A DNA stretch of 47,313 bases from a virus (IMGVR_UViG_3300033513_000013:1-47313); one strand, 5' to 3'; numbered from the stretch's first letter, positions 1 to 8,239 are shown. A program made the numbers and translations. Notes: a model not told the origin generated them from the sequence alone.

Positions 1-2
1 GG

Positions 3-1556
3 ACAGAAATCTCTGAGGCGGGCGGCGCAACACACGGTCACACCTGGGCGGCAGGCACAAACGTTACCGACGTGCTGGTCCACAATGGCATGGTGTATTT
101 CGCGTTTGGCGACTCCATTGACATGGATCACATGCGCTACTACAACGTCACCGCCACCCACGTATGGACGGCAGATTGGGACGACGAGGAAGCAGGCGCA
201 CAGTTTACCTACCTGGCACACGCTTCAGACCAGGACGGCGACTATATATTTGGGGCCAAGCGCACAGCCCCGGCTGCGATTTACTGGGCGACCTCCGTAG
301 ATGGCTCTGGGGGCGGGGCGTCACCTGCCGACCTGGACTGGGACGCTGCAAATTCGGTGAATGTTGGAGACACAGACGAGCCAATTACCGGACTGATTAA
401 CTACGGCGAGTACGGCAACCTGCACATCTTGAAAGAAGGAAGTGTGTGGCAGGTTGTGGACAAGAAGCCTTACCGCCTGCCAATCAACGAGCTGCTGACC
501 AGCCAGGATTGGCGCAACGGCGTGGGCAACTTGCAGCACAATGTATATTTATTCTTCTCGTGGCACGACACGCTTATGCGCTATTACCAGAACAGCCTGG
601 ATAATGTTGGCATAACCTCTACGCCTGCCGGTATCCCGTTTGACAGGCACGGCAACTACGCAGACCTGGCGGGCTACCCCGGATTGATCTTCGCCGCCAT
701 TGACGGGAGCGTTGACAACTACTCGTCTGTCATGTGCTACAACGGGCTGGGATGGTGCGAGATTTACCGCGCCGCAGCCAAGAGGCTGCGCATCCGCTCC
801 CTGCACATCCAGGCTATTCCAGGCGATAACGTAGACCGCTTGTGGTTCTCGTGCGGGAGTGATGTGTTCTGGATGCCAGTCGCATCAAATCCCTATAAGG
901 TTGACTCGACCATGACCTTCAACTTCTACAACTACACCCACGATGGTTACATCATCACGTCCTGGTTTGAGTTTGGCCTTACCGAAGTGGCGAAGTATTT
1001 CAACTCGCTGAAAATCCTGGCGGAGCAACTTACGGCAGACGACACGCAGCAGTATGTAACGGTGGACTACCAGGTGGACGGCAGGGACACTACCACAGAC
1101 ACGGGCTGGACAAACGTCGCCGTATTTTCAACCGAGTATTTTCAGGAAGCCGCGATTAGCAAAGCCGGAAAGCGCATCCGGTTCAGGGTGCGGCTTGGGT
1201 CAAGGTACAACAGCACGACCCCCAGGGTGTTCGGTATGGTGCTGAGTTCAATGGTTATGCTGCCATTCAAGTACCAGGACGTGCTGACCTTTCGCGCCGA
1301 GGACCGGGAATTGTGTCTTCCGCACGCTTCGCAAACGCACGACGATTACCTTGCGGCAAACGACAAACTGAACCAGTTGGACACCTGGGCCGACACGCCG
1401 ACCACGCCCTTGACTATGACCAGCACGGTGAAGCAACTGCACGGAACGTCCGGGCGCACGGTGTTTATTACCGCGCCCGTGATACGCCTGATAAAAGACG
1501 AGCAGGATGTGCAGAAAGAAAGCTACATCTGCCAGATTGTATTGAAGGAAACTTAA
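3..1556 (+). CDS. Tail nozzle/tubular-B-like structural protein, allele A (5'-truncated by the window edge)
   Basis: The frame is open from position 3 (TEISEAGG...). It is colinear with the C-terminal ~520 aa of 43339..46086, sharing VDGSGGGASPA, NYGEYGNL, YQNSLDN, GWCE.YRA and DRLWF.CGSD. Confidence 0.7.
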   Translation, partial: TEISEAGGATHGHTWAAGTNVTDVLVHNGMVYFAFGDSIDMDHMRYYNVTATHVWTADWDDEEAGAQFTYLAHASDQDGDYIFGAKRTAPAAIYWATSVDGSGGGASPADLDWDAANSVNVGDTDEPITGLINYGEYGNLHILKEGSVWQVVDKKPYRLPINELLTSQDWRNGVGNLQHNVYLFFSWHDTLMRYYQNSLDNVGITSTPAGIPFDRHGNYADLAGYPGLIFAAIDGSVDNYSSVMCYNGLGWCEIYRAAAKRLRIRSLHIQAIPGDNVDRLWFSCGSDVFWMPVASNPYKVDSTMTFNFYNYTHDGYIITSWFEFGLTEVAKYFNSLKILAEQLTADDTQQYVTVDYQVDGRDTTTDTGWTNVAVFSTEYFQEAAISKAGKRIRFRVRLGSRYNSTTPRVFGMVLSSMVMLPFKYQDVLTFRAEDRELCLPHASQTHDDYLAANDKLNQLDTWADTPTTPLTMTSTVKQLHGTSGRTVFITAPVIRLIKDEQDVQKESYICQIVLKET

Positions 1557-1557
1557 T

Positions 1558-1881
1558 GTGCCGACTTTTGGAAGCAAGGAAGAGCAGTGGATTTACAACT
1601 CGCTCAGGAAATACAAACTGGAGTTTTTCTACCAGTATGAAATCTATGGCGGCACGTTGGTGCGCGGCGGCATCGTTGTGGACTATGCTGTGTGGAGGCC
1701 TATGCTAACTGGCTTTGAATACTTTGGCGAATACTGGCATAGTGGGCAGATGGGAGCTGACGACAAGTTGAAACTGATTGCCGAGGAGCAGTATTTTCAC
1801 CAGCCAACCATCGTCGCTTTTGGAGACGACATCACCAGTCAGGAAACATCGGATGAGTTTGTGAGGAAGAACGTGCTATGA
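1558..1881 (+). CDS. DUF559/Vsr-like nuclease-fold protein, allele A
   Basis: The pattern SxEE..h...L...h.F..Q..h...hVD...FEY.G.YWH...DD follows the DUF559/Vsr layout. It is a close homolog of 46088..46414. Confidence 0.5.
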   Translation: MPTFGSKEEQWIYNSLRKYKLEFFYQYEIYGGTLVRGGIVVDYAVWRPMLTGFEYFGEYWHSGQMGADDKLKLIAEEQYFHQPTIVAFGDDITSQETSDEFVRKNVL

Positions 1882-2594
1882 GCGAAGCAGAACTTCTCAA
1901 GAGAATCGAAAAGCTGGAGCGCGAGATTCAATTCCTGAAACTCAGCGCCGACCCAGGCTATGCCGACCGCCTCGCCGTGTGGGTGCACCAAAAGCGTCTG
2001 GGGCCGACGTTGCTGGTATACACCGACGCGGCAGGACTGGTCGTGAACGAGGCCGCCGGGGATGCGCAGGACTTTCGCTGCGAAGGCTCGCAGTATAACC
2101 AACTGTTCCTGGTTGACGCCTCTGACAACTCGGTGCTCATCGGCACGACTACCGCCGGGAACATCGCCAAGTTTGACGAGACAGAGATTTTATTCAACGA
2201 CACAGGATTGCCAGGGCTGGACTTTCGGGTGGAGGGCGATTCGTATACGCAGCTTTTCGTTGTTGACGCAGGAGAAAATGCCGTAAAGATAGGATCGACC
2301 ACCGCCGGAAATTCAGCCATGTTCAATCCAACAGAGATTGTTTTTAATGACAACGCAAGTAATCTCGACTTCCGGGTAGAGACCGACGCGGGTTACGATG
2401 CAATATTTGTAGACGCCGGGGCAAACTCGATAAAGATTATGAACAACGCGGCGGTTGCCAGGATTGGATTCTTTGATGCTGTTCCTGTAAACCAGCCGGA
2501 TGCGGTAGCCGACGCCACCGGCGCAAGCGATGTGGTGGCGCAACTCAACTTGCTTCTGGCAAGAATGCGCGAGTTGGGATTAATAGCAACATGA
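1878..2594 (+). CDS. Tail fibre/receptor-binding protein, allele A
   Basis: N-terminal coiled-coil anchor shared with 46411..47163, three ~50-aa repeats (N....DFR.E.....hhVDA) and a C-terminal LNLLLARMRELGLI fibre-type helix. Confidence 0.65.
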   Translation: MSEAELLKRIEKLEREIQFLKLSADPGYADRLAVWVHQKRLGPTLLVYTDAAGLVVNEAAGDAQDFRCEGSQYNQLFLVDASDNSVLIGTTTAGNIAKFDETEILFNDTGLPGLDFRVEGDSYTQLFVVDAGENAVKIGSTTAGNSAMFNPTEIVFNDNASNLDFRVETDAGYDAIFVDAGANSIKIMNNAAVARIGFFDAVPVNQPDAVADATGASDVVAQLNLLLARMRELGLIAT

Positions 2595-2602
2595 GTATGA
2601 CG

Positions 2603-2755
2603 TAGAAAGGAAGGAAGGAATGAAAGGTTTACTCGCAAGTCGCAAGTTTTGGGCAGTTGTGTTTGATATGGCTATCACGTTGACCGTCTATTTCGTGGCT
2701 AAGTACATCCCCCAGGCCGCCGAAGATGTCAAGTTTGTTATCGCCGTGATCCAGG
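2603..2755 (+). repeat. Direct repeat copy 1 (153 bp; holin RBS and 5' end)
   Basis: Identical to 47161..47313 except two synonymous changes (2712 C/47270 T; 2742 C/47300 T). Confidence 0.95.
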
Positions 2756-2883
2756 TGCCGTTTGCCGGGTTCATCCTGGGTACGGCCTGGGAAGACTCTT
2801 CCGAAAAGAGCAATAAGGCGACGGAACTCAGCGAAGAAGACTTGAAGGAAGTCGCTGCCTACGTACAGCAACTGCCAATGTGA
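2620..2883 (+). CDS. Putative holin
   Basis: 87 aa with an SRKFW motif, two hydrophobic segments and a charged C-terminus. It follows the tail genes and has a purine-rich RBS. Confidence 0.6.
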   Translation: MKGLLASRKFWAVVFDMAITLTVYFVAKYIPQAAEDVKFVIAVIQVPFAGFILGTAWEDSSEKSNKATELSEEDLKEVAAYVQQLPM

Positions 2884-2887
2884 TGCC

Positions 2888-3217
2888 ATGCCCGCCGAAA
2901 CCACGCCACATCCATCCCTGTCCATCGTTCTTGAGCGCGTTCTGGAAGTCAAGGTTATTGTCGATGACACAGCCAAGCAACTCCAGGCGCTGCGAGAACT
3001 CTATCTGGTCGCGCACCAGCAGATTGTCGATCAGGTAGGACAACATGAAAAAACACTAGGCGAGCACCATACAGCCATCAAGGATTTGCAGAAGGCAGTA
3101 GGGCCGTTAGTGGCTGCCTATAGGATCCTGGTGTTTATCAGTGGCGCGGTCGGCCTATCCGTGATTGCCTTGATCTGGGCAATCATCACCCACGAGGTAA
3201 TTATAACCACAATATAA
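2888..3217 (+). CDS. Coiled-coil protein with C-terminal transmembrane helix (lysis-module membrane protein)
   Basis: Heptad-like N-terminal part, then ILVFISGAVGLSVIALIWAII; adjacent to the holin. Confidence 0.5.
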   Translation: MPAETTPHPSLSIVLERVLEVKVIVDDTAKQLQALRELYLVAHQQIVDQVGQHEKTLGEHHTAIKDLQKAVGPLVAAYRILVFISGAVGLSVIALIWAIITHEVIITTI

Positions 3218-3227
3218 GGAGGCTGAT

Positions 3228-3440
3228 ATGCCTACGTCTACTGATGCGATGGTACGAATGGCCTGTGAATATGCAGCGTTGGAGGTATTTGAAGATCGAC
3301 CTGACGCGCCTGTGATGGCGCAGTTTTTCGCCGCTCTTACGAGGGCGAAGGGGCTGCTCATAAGCCCGCCACTTGGCACGGTGGCAAAAGTCCTACGGGA
3401 TGTGTTCAAAGATTTAGGGCATCCATTACCGGTACTCTGA
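3228..3440 (+). CDS. Hypothetical protein
   Basis: Strong RBS TAAGGAGG upstream; fills the gap between neighbouring genes. Confidence 0.6.
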   Translation: MPTSTDAMVRMACEYAALEVFEDRPDAPVMAQFFAALTRAKGLLISPPLGTVAKVLRDVFKDLGHPLPVL

Positions 3441-3444
3441 CATC

Positions 3445-4269
3445 GTGAACTTCGACATCCTGAATTACGAAGCATGCGAGCCAATCAACTTGGCTATCGT
3501 TGGTGACTTGCATGTCAACAGCACGGTCGGGCTGGCGCCTGAAAATTTTAGACTGGATGACGGCATACCCGTAGGCCAGAGCAATTTCCAGAAGAAACTC
3601 TGGGAAGCCTGGACTGACTATTGGGCTTGTGTCGGCTCGTTGGATGGGCAGACTGTCGGTATACTCAACGGCGACCTGATGGAAGGCGAGCATCACGGCA
3701 CGACCCAGGTCATCACAGGCAACATAGCCGACCAACACCGCATGGTCTTAGAAGTCCTGAAGCCTGGGCGTAATGTGGTAAGTGCCTGGTTTGTGATGCG
3801 CGGCACCGAAGTCCACACAAACAAATCTTCGCGTGATGAAGAGATGATAGCCATTGCCCTGGACGCCGTGCAAGACTACGAAGGATCCAGGTCGCGCTGG
3901 TTTCTGAGAGCCGACTTCGGCGGCGTCCGTTTTGACATCGGACATCACGTTCCATTCAGCCGTTTGGCCTGGACGAGAAGCAACCTGCTGATGCGCACGG
4001 CGATTGAGATAGAGCTTGACTACTACCGGGCCGGGATCCAGCCGCCCCAATTCGCCATACGCTCACACCGCCACCAATGGGGAGACACTGGAATAAGCGC
4101 CCCTGTCAGAGTGATCTCGTTACCATGCTGGCAGGGGCCGACTTCTTATGTACACAGTCTCAGGCCAGGCATGATGCCTGAGATCGGCGGCATCATCGTC
4201 AGGATCGAAAACGGGCAGGCCAATGTAATCTTCAAGAACTACTCAGCGAGAACCTCATGGATCACATAA
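3445..4269 (+). CDS. Calcineurin-like metallophosphoesterase
   Basis: Motifs GDLH, NGDLMEG, RGTEVH, HH and RSHRH occur in the expected order. Confidence 0.8.
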   Translation: MNFDILNYEACEPINLAIVGDLHVNSTVGLAPENFRLDDGIPVGQSNFQKKLWEAWTDYWACVGSLDGQTVGILNGDLMEGEHHGTTQVITGNIADQHRMVLEVLKPGRNVVSAWFVMRGTEVHTNKSSRDEEMIAIALDAVQDYEGSRSRWFLRADFGGVRFDIGHHVPFSRLAWTRSNLLMRTAIEIELDYYRAGIQPPQFAIRSHRHQWGDTGISAPVRVISLPCWQGPTSYVHSLRPGMMPEIGGIIVRIENGQANVIFKNYSARTSWIT

Positions 4270-4529
4270 TTGACGACGCAGATATGTTAGGCGCCTTGTC
4301 GCCCATAGACCAGACGGGCATTATACAGACGGTAGCCGATTTGTACTGGCAGATGGCAGGTGTGCGCCAGCCCGACGAAGTGGATGCAGGGCAGATGATC
4401 GAGATACTAAAGGCCAAGAGCAGGAAGGATGCAGCAACCAAGCTGGATGCGATGGAGGAGAAAGGGTTACTGACTTCTAGGATCATCCGCGAGGGCCATC
4501 GAATCAAAGTATACAAACCGGTGAAATAG
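4257..4529 (+). CDS. Hypothetical protein, possible winged-helix C-terminus
   Basis: Overlaps the phosphoesterase stop; LDAMEEKGLLTSR...KVY resembles a wHTH wing. Confidence 0.45.
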   Translation: MDHIIDDADMLGALSPIDQTGIIQTVADLYWQMAGVRQPDEVDAGQMIEILKAKSRKDAATKLDAMEEKGLLTSRIIREGHRIKVYKPVK

Positions 4530-4613
4530 CAAACGTTGAAACAGCCACGTTCAGTGAAATAACCCGTACAAAACTGTACAGGATAATATACATTTGTGCT
4601 AACTATCCGATAT

Positions 4614-4658
4614 ATAGTACTCCAGTACTATTGCAATAATGTGCAATCGTGCTACAAT
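4614..4658 (+). promoter_or_regulatory. Sigma70-type promoter with overlapping palindromes
   Basis: TTGCAA (4631)-16 nt-TACAAT (4653) with an extended TGn -10. Inverted repeats ATAGTACT-CC-AGTACTAT and TATTGCAATA overlap the -35. Confidence 0.6.
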
Positions 4659-4681
4659 ATGTCACACATGAAGGAGGCACT

Positions 4682-4891
4682 ATGAAAATAAAGCGACCTA
4701 AGCGGTTTGAGAACAGTACGCGCCTGGATGTGCAGATGGATCTATCCACGCACCAGAAGCTGCGCCAACTTGCAGAAGCGCGTGGCGTGACGATGGCAGA
4801 GCAGATCCGGCGCTACATCGAGAACGATTGGAGCATGGGAAGCTGGCAGGCGGTGGACACCCATCTCAAAAGCAACGCCCCGGTCGGATGA
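4682..4891 (+). CDS. Ribbon-helix-helix (CopG/Arc-like) DNA-binding protein
   Basis: RLDVQM strand followed by HQKLRQLAEARGVTMAEQIRRYI; RBS AAGGAGG. Confidence 0.75.
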   Translation: MKIKRPKRFENSTRLDVQMDLSTHQKLRQLAEARGVTMAEQIRRYIENDWSMGSWQAVDTHLKSNAPVG

Positions 4892-4956
4892 CCGGGGCAA
4901 GGGAGATGATGCAATGGCAACAGAGCATCTCTCCGATTATACCACAAGGAGATAGC

Positions 4957-5367
4957 ATGGACAAGAAAGTAGCACGAACAGCAGCAAAGTGGTGGGCCGA
5001 TTTCTTGCGCAATGGCAACGCACCACTAGATAACGGCGATAAAAGCGAAACCGGGGCGATGACTTTTATACTGGCTTCATTGCTCCACTCCGCAGAGACC
5101 AGCAACACTAGACCTGATGACGCTCAGAAGTTTGAGGATGCGCTTGCCTCAATACTTGAGACGCAGAAGGACGAGCGATGGTTTAGTATTGGAGTAGATT
5201 ACAACCCCGACCGCATCCTTTTAGAGGCTGCAAGAATTGCTTGCGTCGATCTTGGCAGTACAAAACTTCCCTGGAAAACAAGCATGCATATCGACCAAGG
5301 CAAGATCACCTATCGCCTGGGATATGGCGGTGAAAGCAAGACGCTGGAAGTGGAGGAGATAGCATGA
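4957..5367 (+). CDS. Phage hypothetical protein
   Basis: RBS AAGGAG before ATG 4957; AAKWWA..DNGD..DYNP..PWKT pattern. Confidence 0.65.
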   Translation: MDKKVARTAAKWWADFLRNGNAPLDNGDKSETGAMTFILASLLHSAETSNTRPDDAQKFEDALASILETQKDERWFSIGVDYNPDRILLEAARIACVDLGSTKLPWKTSMHIDQGKITYRLGYGGESKTLEVEEIA

Positions 5368-5612
5368 CCCAAGAAAGAATTTACAAGATCAGCGAAGAAC
5401 TCGATGAGGCCCTGCGTCTAGCAGAAGAACTTGACGACAACTTTGCGGCAATAGTGCATGCAATTGTTGCAAATGCCCTGGCTACTGCGTTGCTGCACCA
5501 GACGCTACAGAACTTTGTTGTTGAATATATGGGGCAACCCATTGTTCTGCCATTTGATCGCGAAAGCGACCAGCCTTTATTCTCAGCACGAAAGGGAAAT
5601 GACCATGACTGA
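5364..5612 (+). CDS. Hypothetical protein
   Basis: ATGA overlap with the previous gene; RBS GGAGGAG. Confidence 0.6.
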   Translation: MTQERIYKISEELDEALRLAEELDDNFAAIVHAIVANALATALLHQTLQNFVVEYMGQPIVLPFDRESDQPLFSARKGNDHD

Positions 5613-6096
5613 GCAGAAGAAGTACTATCCGAAAGACCACGCCAGTGTAGCATGGGAGAAAGATGAAATCAGTTTCTACCTGGTGAAACAAAGGATGGGC
5701 CACTGGTGCGGGTACTGCCAGTTTCCGAAACGCCCTGTTATAGAGCAGGGATATGATGGCATCCTAACCTGGGTTCCCGTGCATGGCGGCATCACTTTTG
5801 CAGACGAATACCCGGAAGGCGTGATGGTGTACGGCTTCGACTGCGCCCATGCTGGCGATGAGGATAACCCCAAAGTTTCAGACGAGGCATGGCTCAGATC
5901 AGAGGCCGAGCGCCTGGCTACGAATATACAGGCGGTAGTGAAGTACGAAGAACGCTACCTGCTTGCGGAAACCGACAAGAAAAAGGCCGACGTTCTGGAA
6001 GAGTACCTGAACGAAGTTGGCTCAAACGCCCATAGTCTTGTCAACGATGATGTCAATTTTGGAGCAATGATTGGATTGCTTTGTGGGAGACCATAA
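5605..6096 (+). CDS. Conserved phage protein (GHWCGY/VHGGITF/GFDCAH family)
   Basis: Recognisable motif triad of a recurrent phage family of unknown function. Confidence 0.7.
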   Translation: MTEQKKYYPKDHASVAWEKDEISFYLVKQRMGHWCGYCQFPKRPVIEQGYDGILTWVPVHGGITFADEYPEGVMVYGFDCAHAGDEDNPKVSDEAWLRSEAERLATNIQAVVKYEERYLLAETDKKKADVLEEYLNEVGSNAHSLVNDDVNFGAMIGLLCGRP

Positions 6097-6097
6097 G

Positions 6098-6925
6098 ATG
6101 ACTGACCAGCAGATCGTACCTGTAACCGGAACACCAATCGCATCATTGGCTGACAGGCCGCTGGTGCGCGAACTGGGGGAACGCCTTAAGCTGATGGTTG
6201 CCAATGGCAAGCGCCTGACAACTGACGAAGCGCTGGCGCTGGCGCAGTACAGCGTAGCAACAGACCTCAGCCCATTTTTGAACGAGTGCTATTACCTGCA
6301 AAACGTAGGCCCTGGCCCTGGCATCGCAGGCTACCGGCGCAAAGCCAATGAAGAACTGGCGCACGAAGCGCAGTTGGCGCATGAGCCTAACTCACGCTTC
6401 TGGTGCGACTACACCGACACCAACGGCGAGATAAAGATTGACCGTGAGAAGGGCGACATCGGAGTGAAGGCCATCCTGCATGACACGCTGACCAAGCGCG
6501 ATTGGGAGCGCCGTATCCTGTCTGCGATGGTTGAGTTTCTCAAGGCTGGCGTGGCTGTGGAAGGGGCGCGTGGCATGGCGCAGGAAATCATCGGCCCCGA
6601 GCCAACCTGGAGCGCGGTAGGCGTGGTGTACTCAGGCGAAAACTTTGGCGGCGACAAGATGCCGCGCTATGAGCGTGCCTGCAAGCGCGCCGAGAAAGCC
6701 GCCATCAAGAAACGCTTCCCACGCATGCGCCTGCCTGAGCCGACTGGCTTTGACGAGCCGATGAGCGTGAGCGTAGTGGATCCCATTGCCTTCTCAGAGG
6801 GCGCGGTGGCAGAAGTGGAAAGCAACCAGCAGGAAAGCGAGAAATCCCTGGCCTCAGCCACGCCGGAAGATTTGATGTCGGCGCGCGAGAAGCAGATTTT
6901 GCTTGACCTGAATTACGACCAATAA
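6098..6925 (+). CDS. RecT/Red-beta-like single-strand annealing protein
   Basis: DLSPF..ECYY...GIAGYRRKA and RACKRAEKAAIKKRFP match the RecT/Bet core, followed by an acidic tail. Confidence 0.65.
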   Translation: MTDQQIVPVTGTPIASLADRPLVRELGERLKLMVANGKRLTTDEALALAQYSVATDLSPFLNECYYLQNVGPGPGIAGYRRKANEELAHEAQLAHEPNSRFWCDYTDTNGEIKIDREKGDIGVKAILHDTLTKRDWERRILSAMVEFLKAGVAVEGARGMAQEIIGPEPTWSAVGVVYSGENFGGDKMPRYERACKRAEKAAIKKRFPRMRLPEPTGFDEPMSVSVVDPIAFSEGAVAEVESNQQESEKSLASATPEDLMSAREKQILLDLNYDQ

Positions 6926-6943
6926 CTCATCGGAGGAATAGCT

Positions 6944-7138
6944 ATGTTCATACCATGCACATGCGGTAATAGTGAGTGCAAGAACAAAGTCTGGGTTAAT
7001 GCAGCCGATGGTATTCCAACCATGGAGTTTTGGACAACGGATAAAGACAACGTTGACCACATGATGTACCTGGACGCCAACTCCATTGTGAATTTAATCC
7101 ACGAGTTGAAGCGCGTACTAGATAAGATGGCGCAATAG
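6944..7138 (+). CDS. Small hypothetical protein (CxC..C)
   Basis: RBS GGAGGA; open frame between the RecT-like gene and the RNA element. Confidence 0.6.
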   Translation: MFIPCTCGNSECKNKVWVNAADGIPTMEFWTTDKDNVDHMMYLDANSIVNLIHELKRVLDKMAQ

Positions 7139-7143
7139 TGAAA

Positions 7144-7300
7144 AGGCGGGCGGCGTGGACAGGAACACGCGACGAGTGGCTGTAGACGTACAGACTAGGG
7201 TTGGCCCCGGTACACCCAACCTGATTTAAGTGAAGCCTTAGCCGGTATGAAGCTCTGAGCGACCCGGCAAATACAAGCAGGTTCAAACCCTGCCCCGCCT
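7144..7300 (+). ncRNA. tRNA-like structured element 1 (no anticodon arm)
   Basis: Acceptor-like stem AGGCGGG/CCCGCCT, D-like arm GCGTG/CACGC, T arm GCAGG-TTCAAAC-CCTGC, and three internal hairpins. Confidence 0.65.
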
Positions 7301-7323
7301 AAACAAAACTTGAAAGAAAGGAG

Positions 7324-7557
7324 ATGAAGCCAATGTCCGAAATGCGAGTGATGGGTAGTGAAGGCGATGTCAAGATCACCTGGGATGCCGGTGTTGAGGA
7401 AGAAGTTAAGATTGCCAGGAAAACCTTTGACAAAATGAAAGCCAAGTCTTACATTGCGTTCAAGGTCAAGAAGGATGGATCGCAGGGCAAAGTGATTGAC
7501 GAGTTCGATCCCGACGCCGAGAAGATCATCATGGCGCCGCAGATGAGCGGAGGGTAG
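7324..7557 (+). CDS. Small protein with ubiquitin/MoaD-like C-terminal di-glycine
   Basis: 77 aa ending IIMAPQMSGG-stop; RBS AAGGAG. The true start may be ATG 7333. Confidence 0.7.
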   Translation: MKPMSEMRVMGSEGDVKITWDAGVEEEVKIARKTFDKMKAKSYIAFKVKKDGSQGKVIDEFDPDAEKIIMAPQMSGG

Positions 7558-8196
7558 ATGGCAACACCCAGAAGAGGTAGAGGATACAGCAAACCCGATA
7601 GAGTAACAACGGTTGGCGACATGCACGTAGGTAGCACCGCTAACTGTCCCGCAGGCTGGACGGTTAGCAGCGCAGGTTGGAAGTTCTACGGAGGATACGG
7701 CAGGATCAATGATCGCGCCGCCTGGTATAGGAGCGAAGTTGTCGATTCGTCTGATACGCTCGCTACTTACACGTTCACTACTGGAACAATTGAGGAATTG
7801 GATAACCTATGGGCACGGGAGCACGTTTTTGATTTTCGGCCACAGCCGCTAACCGACGCGTTCGAGATTTTTCAAGCGGAGGTAGAAGAAAGCAAAAAGG
7901 CGCGGCAGGCGGCAAAGGATCTGCTCTACTCCGTTCTGGATCCAATGCAGATACACAGCCTGGAACAAACAGGTTTCTTTGTTGTGTTCAGCCAGTCAGG
8001 CAAGCCGTATCAAATACAAGGTGGGCATGTGCTCAACGTTGCCGAGCTTGATGGGCAAGGACGTGTTGTTGCCAGGCTGTGCGCCCTGCCCGAGGGTGTT
8101 CCTGACGAGGACGTTATGACCGCGCAGGTGCTGATGCTGCGCTACGCTGAAGAAATGTTCAGGGGCATCGCCAACATCAGAACAGAAGTACAGTAA
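7558..8196 (+). CDS. Partner of the GG protein; C-terminal domain with NV...G...LC motif
   Basis: ATG directly follows the TAG of the GG gene; the C-terminal domain has one Cys in NVAELDGQGRVVARLCALP. Confidence 0.6.
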   Translation: MATPRRGRGYSKPDRVTTVGDMHVGSTANCPAGWTVSSAGWKFYGGYGRINDRAAWYRSEVVDSSDTLATYTFTTGTIEELDNLWAREHVFDFRPQPLTDAFEIFQAEVEESKKARQAAKDLLYSVLDPMQIHSLEQTGFFVVFSQSGKPYQIQGGHVLNVAELDGQGRVVARLCALPEGVPDEDVMTAQVLMLRYAEEMFRGIANIRTEVQ

Positions 8197-8200
8197 GCAT

Positions 8201-8239
8201 GTGTGCAGGTCGTTAGCAAAACGCTGACGACCTACACAC
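8201..8239 (+). other. 17-bp intergenic hairpin abutting an RBS
   Basis: GTGTGCAGGTCGTTAGC-AAAAC-GCTGACGACCTACACAC (one mismatch, one G-U), followed directly by GAGGAG. Confidence 0.65.

Noticed and set aside
2603-2755. True terminal direct repeat or attL/attR
   Set aside because: The repeat is internal at the left end, runs off the right end, covers a gene start, and homology continues upstream in diverged form. No integrase or host genes are present.
7144-7300. Ordinary tRNA or tmRNA gene
   Set aside because: There is no anticodon stem-loop or CCA, and it is far too short for tmRNA. Kept as a tRNA-like element instead.
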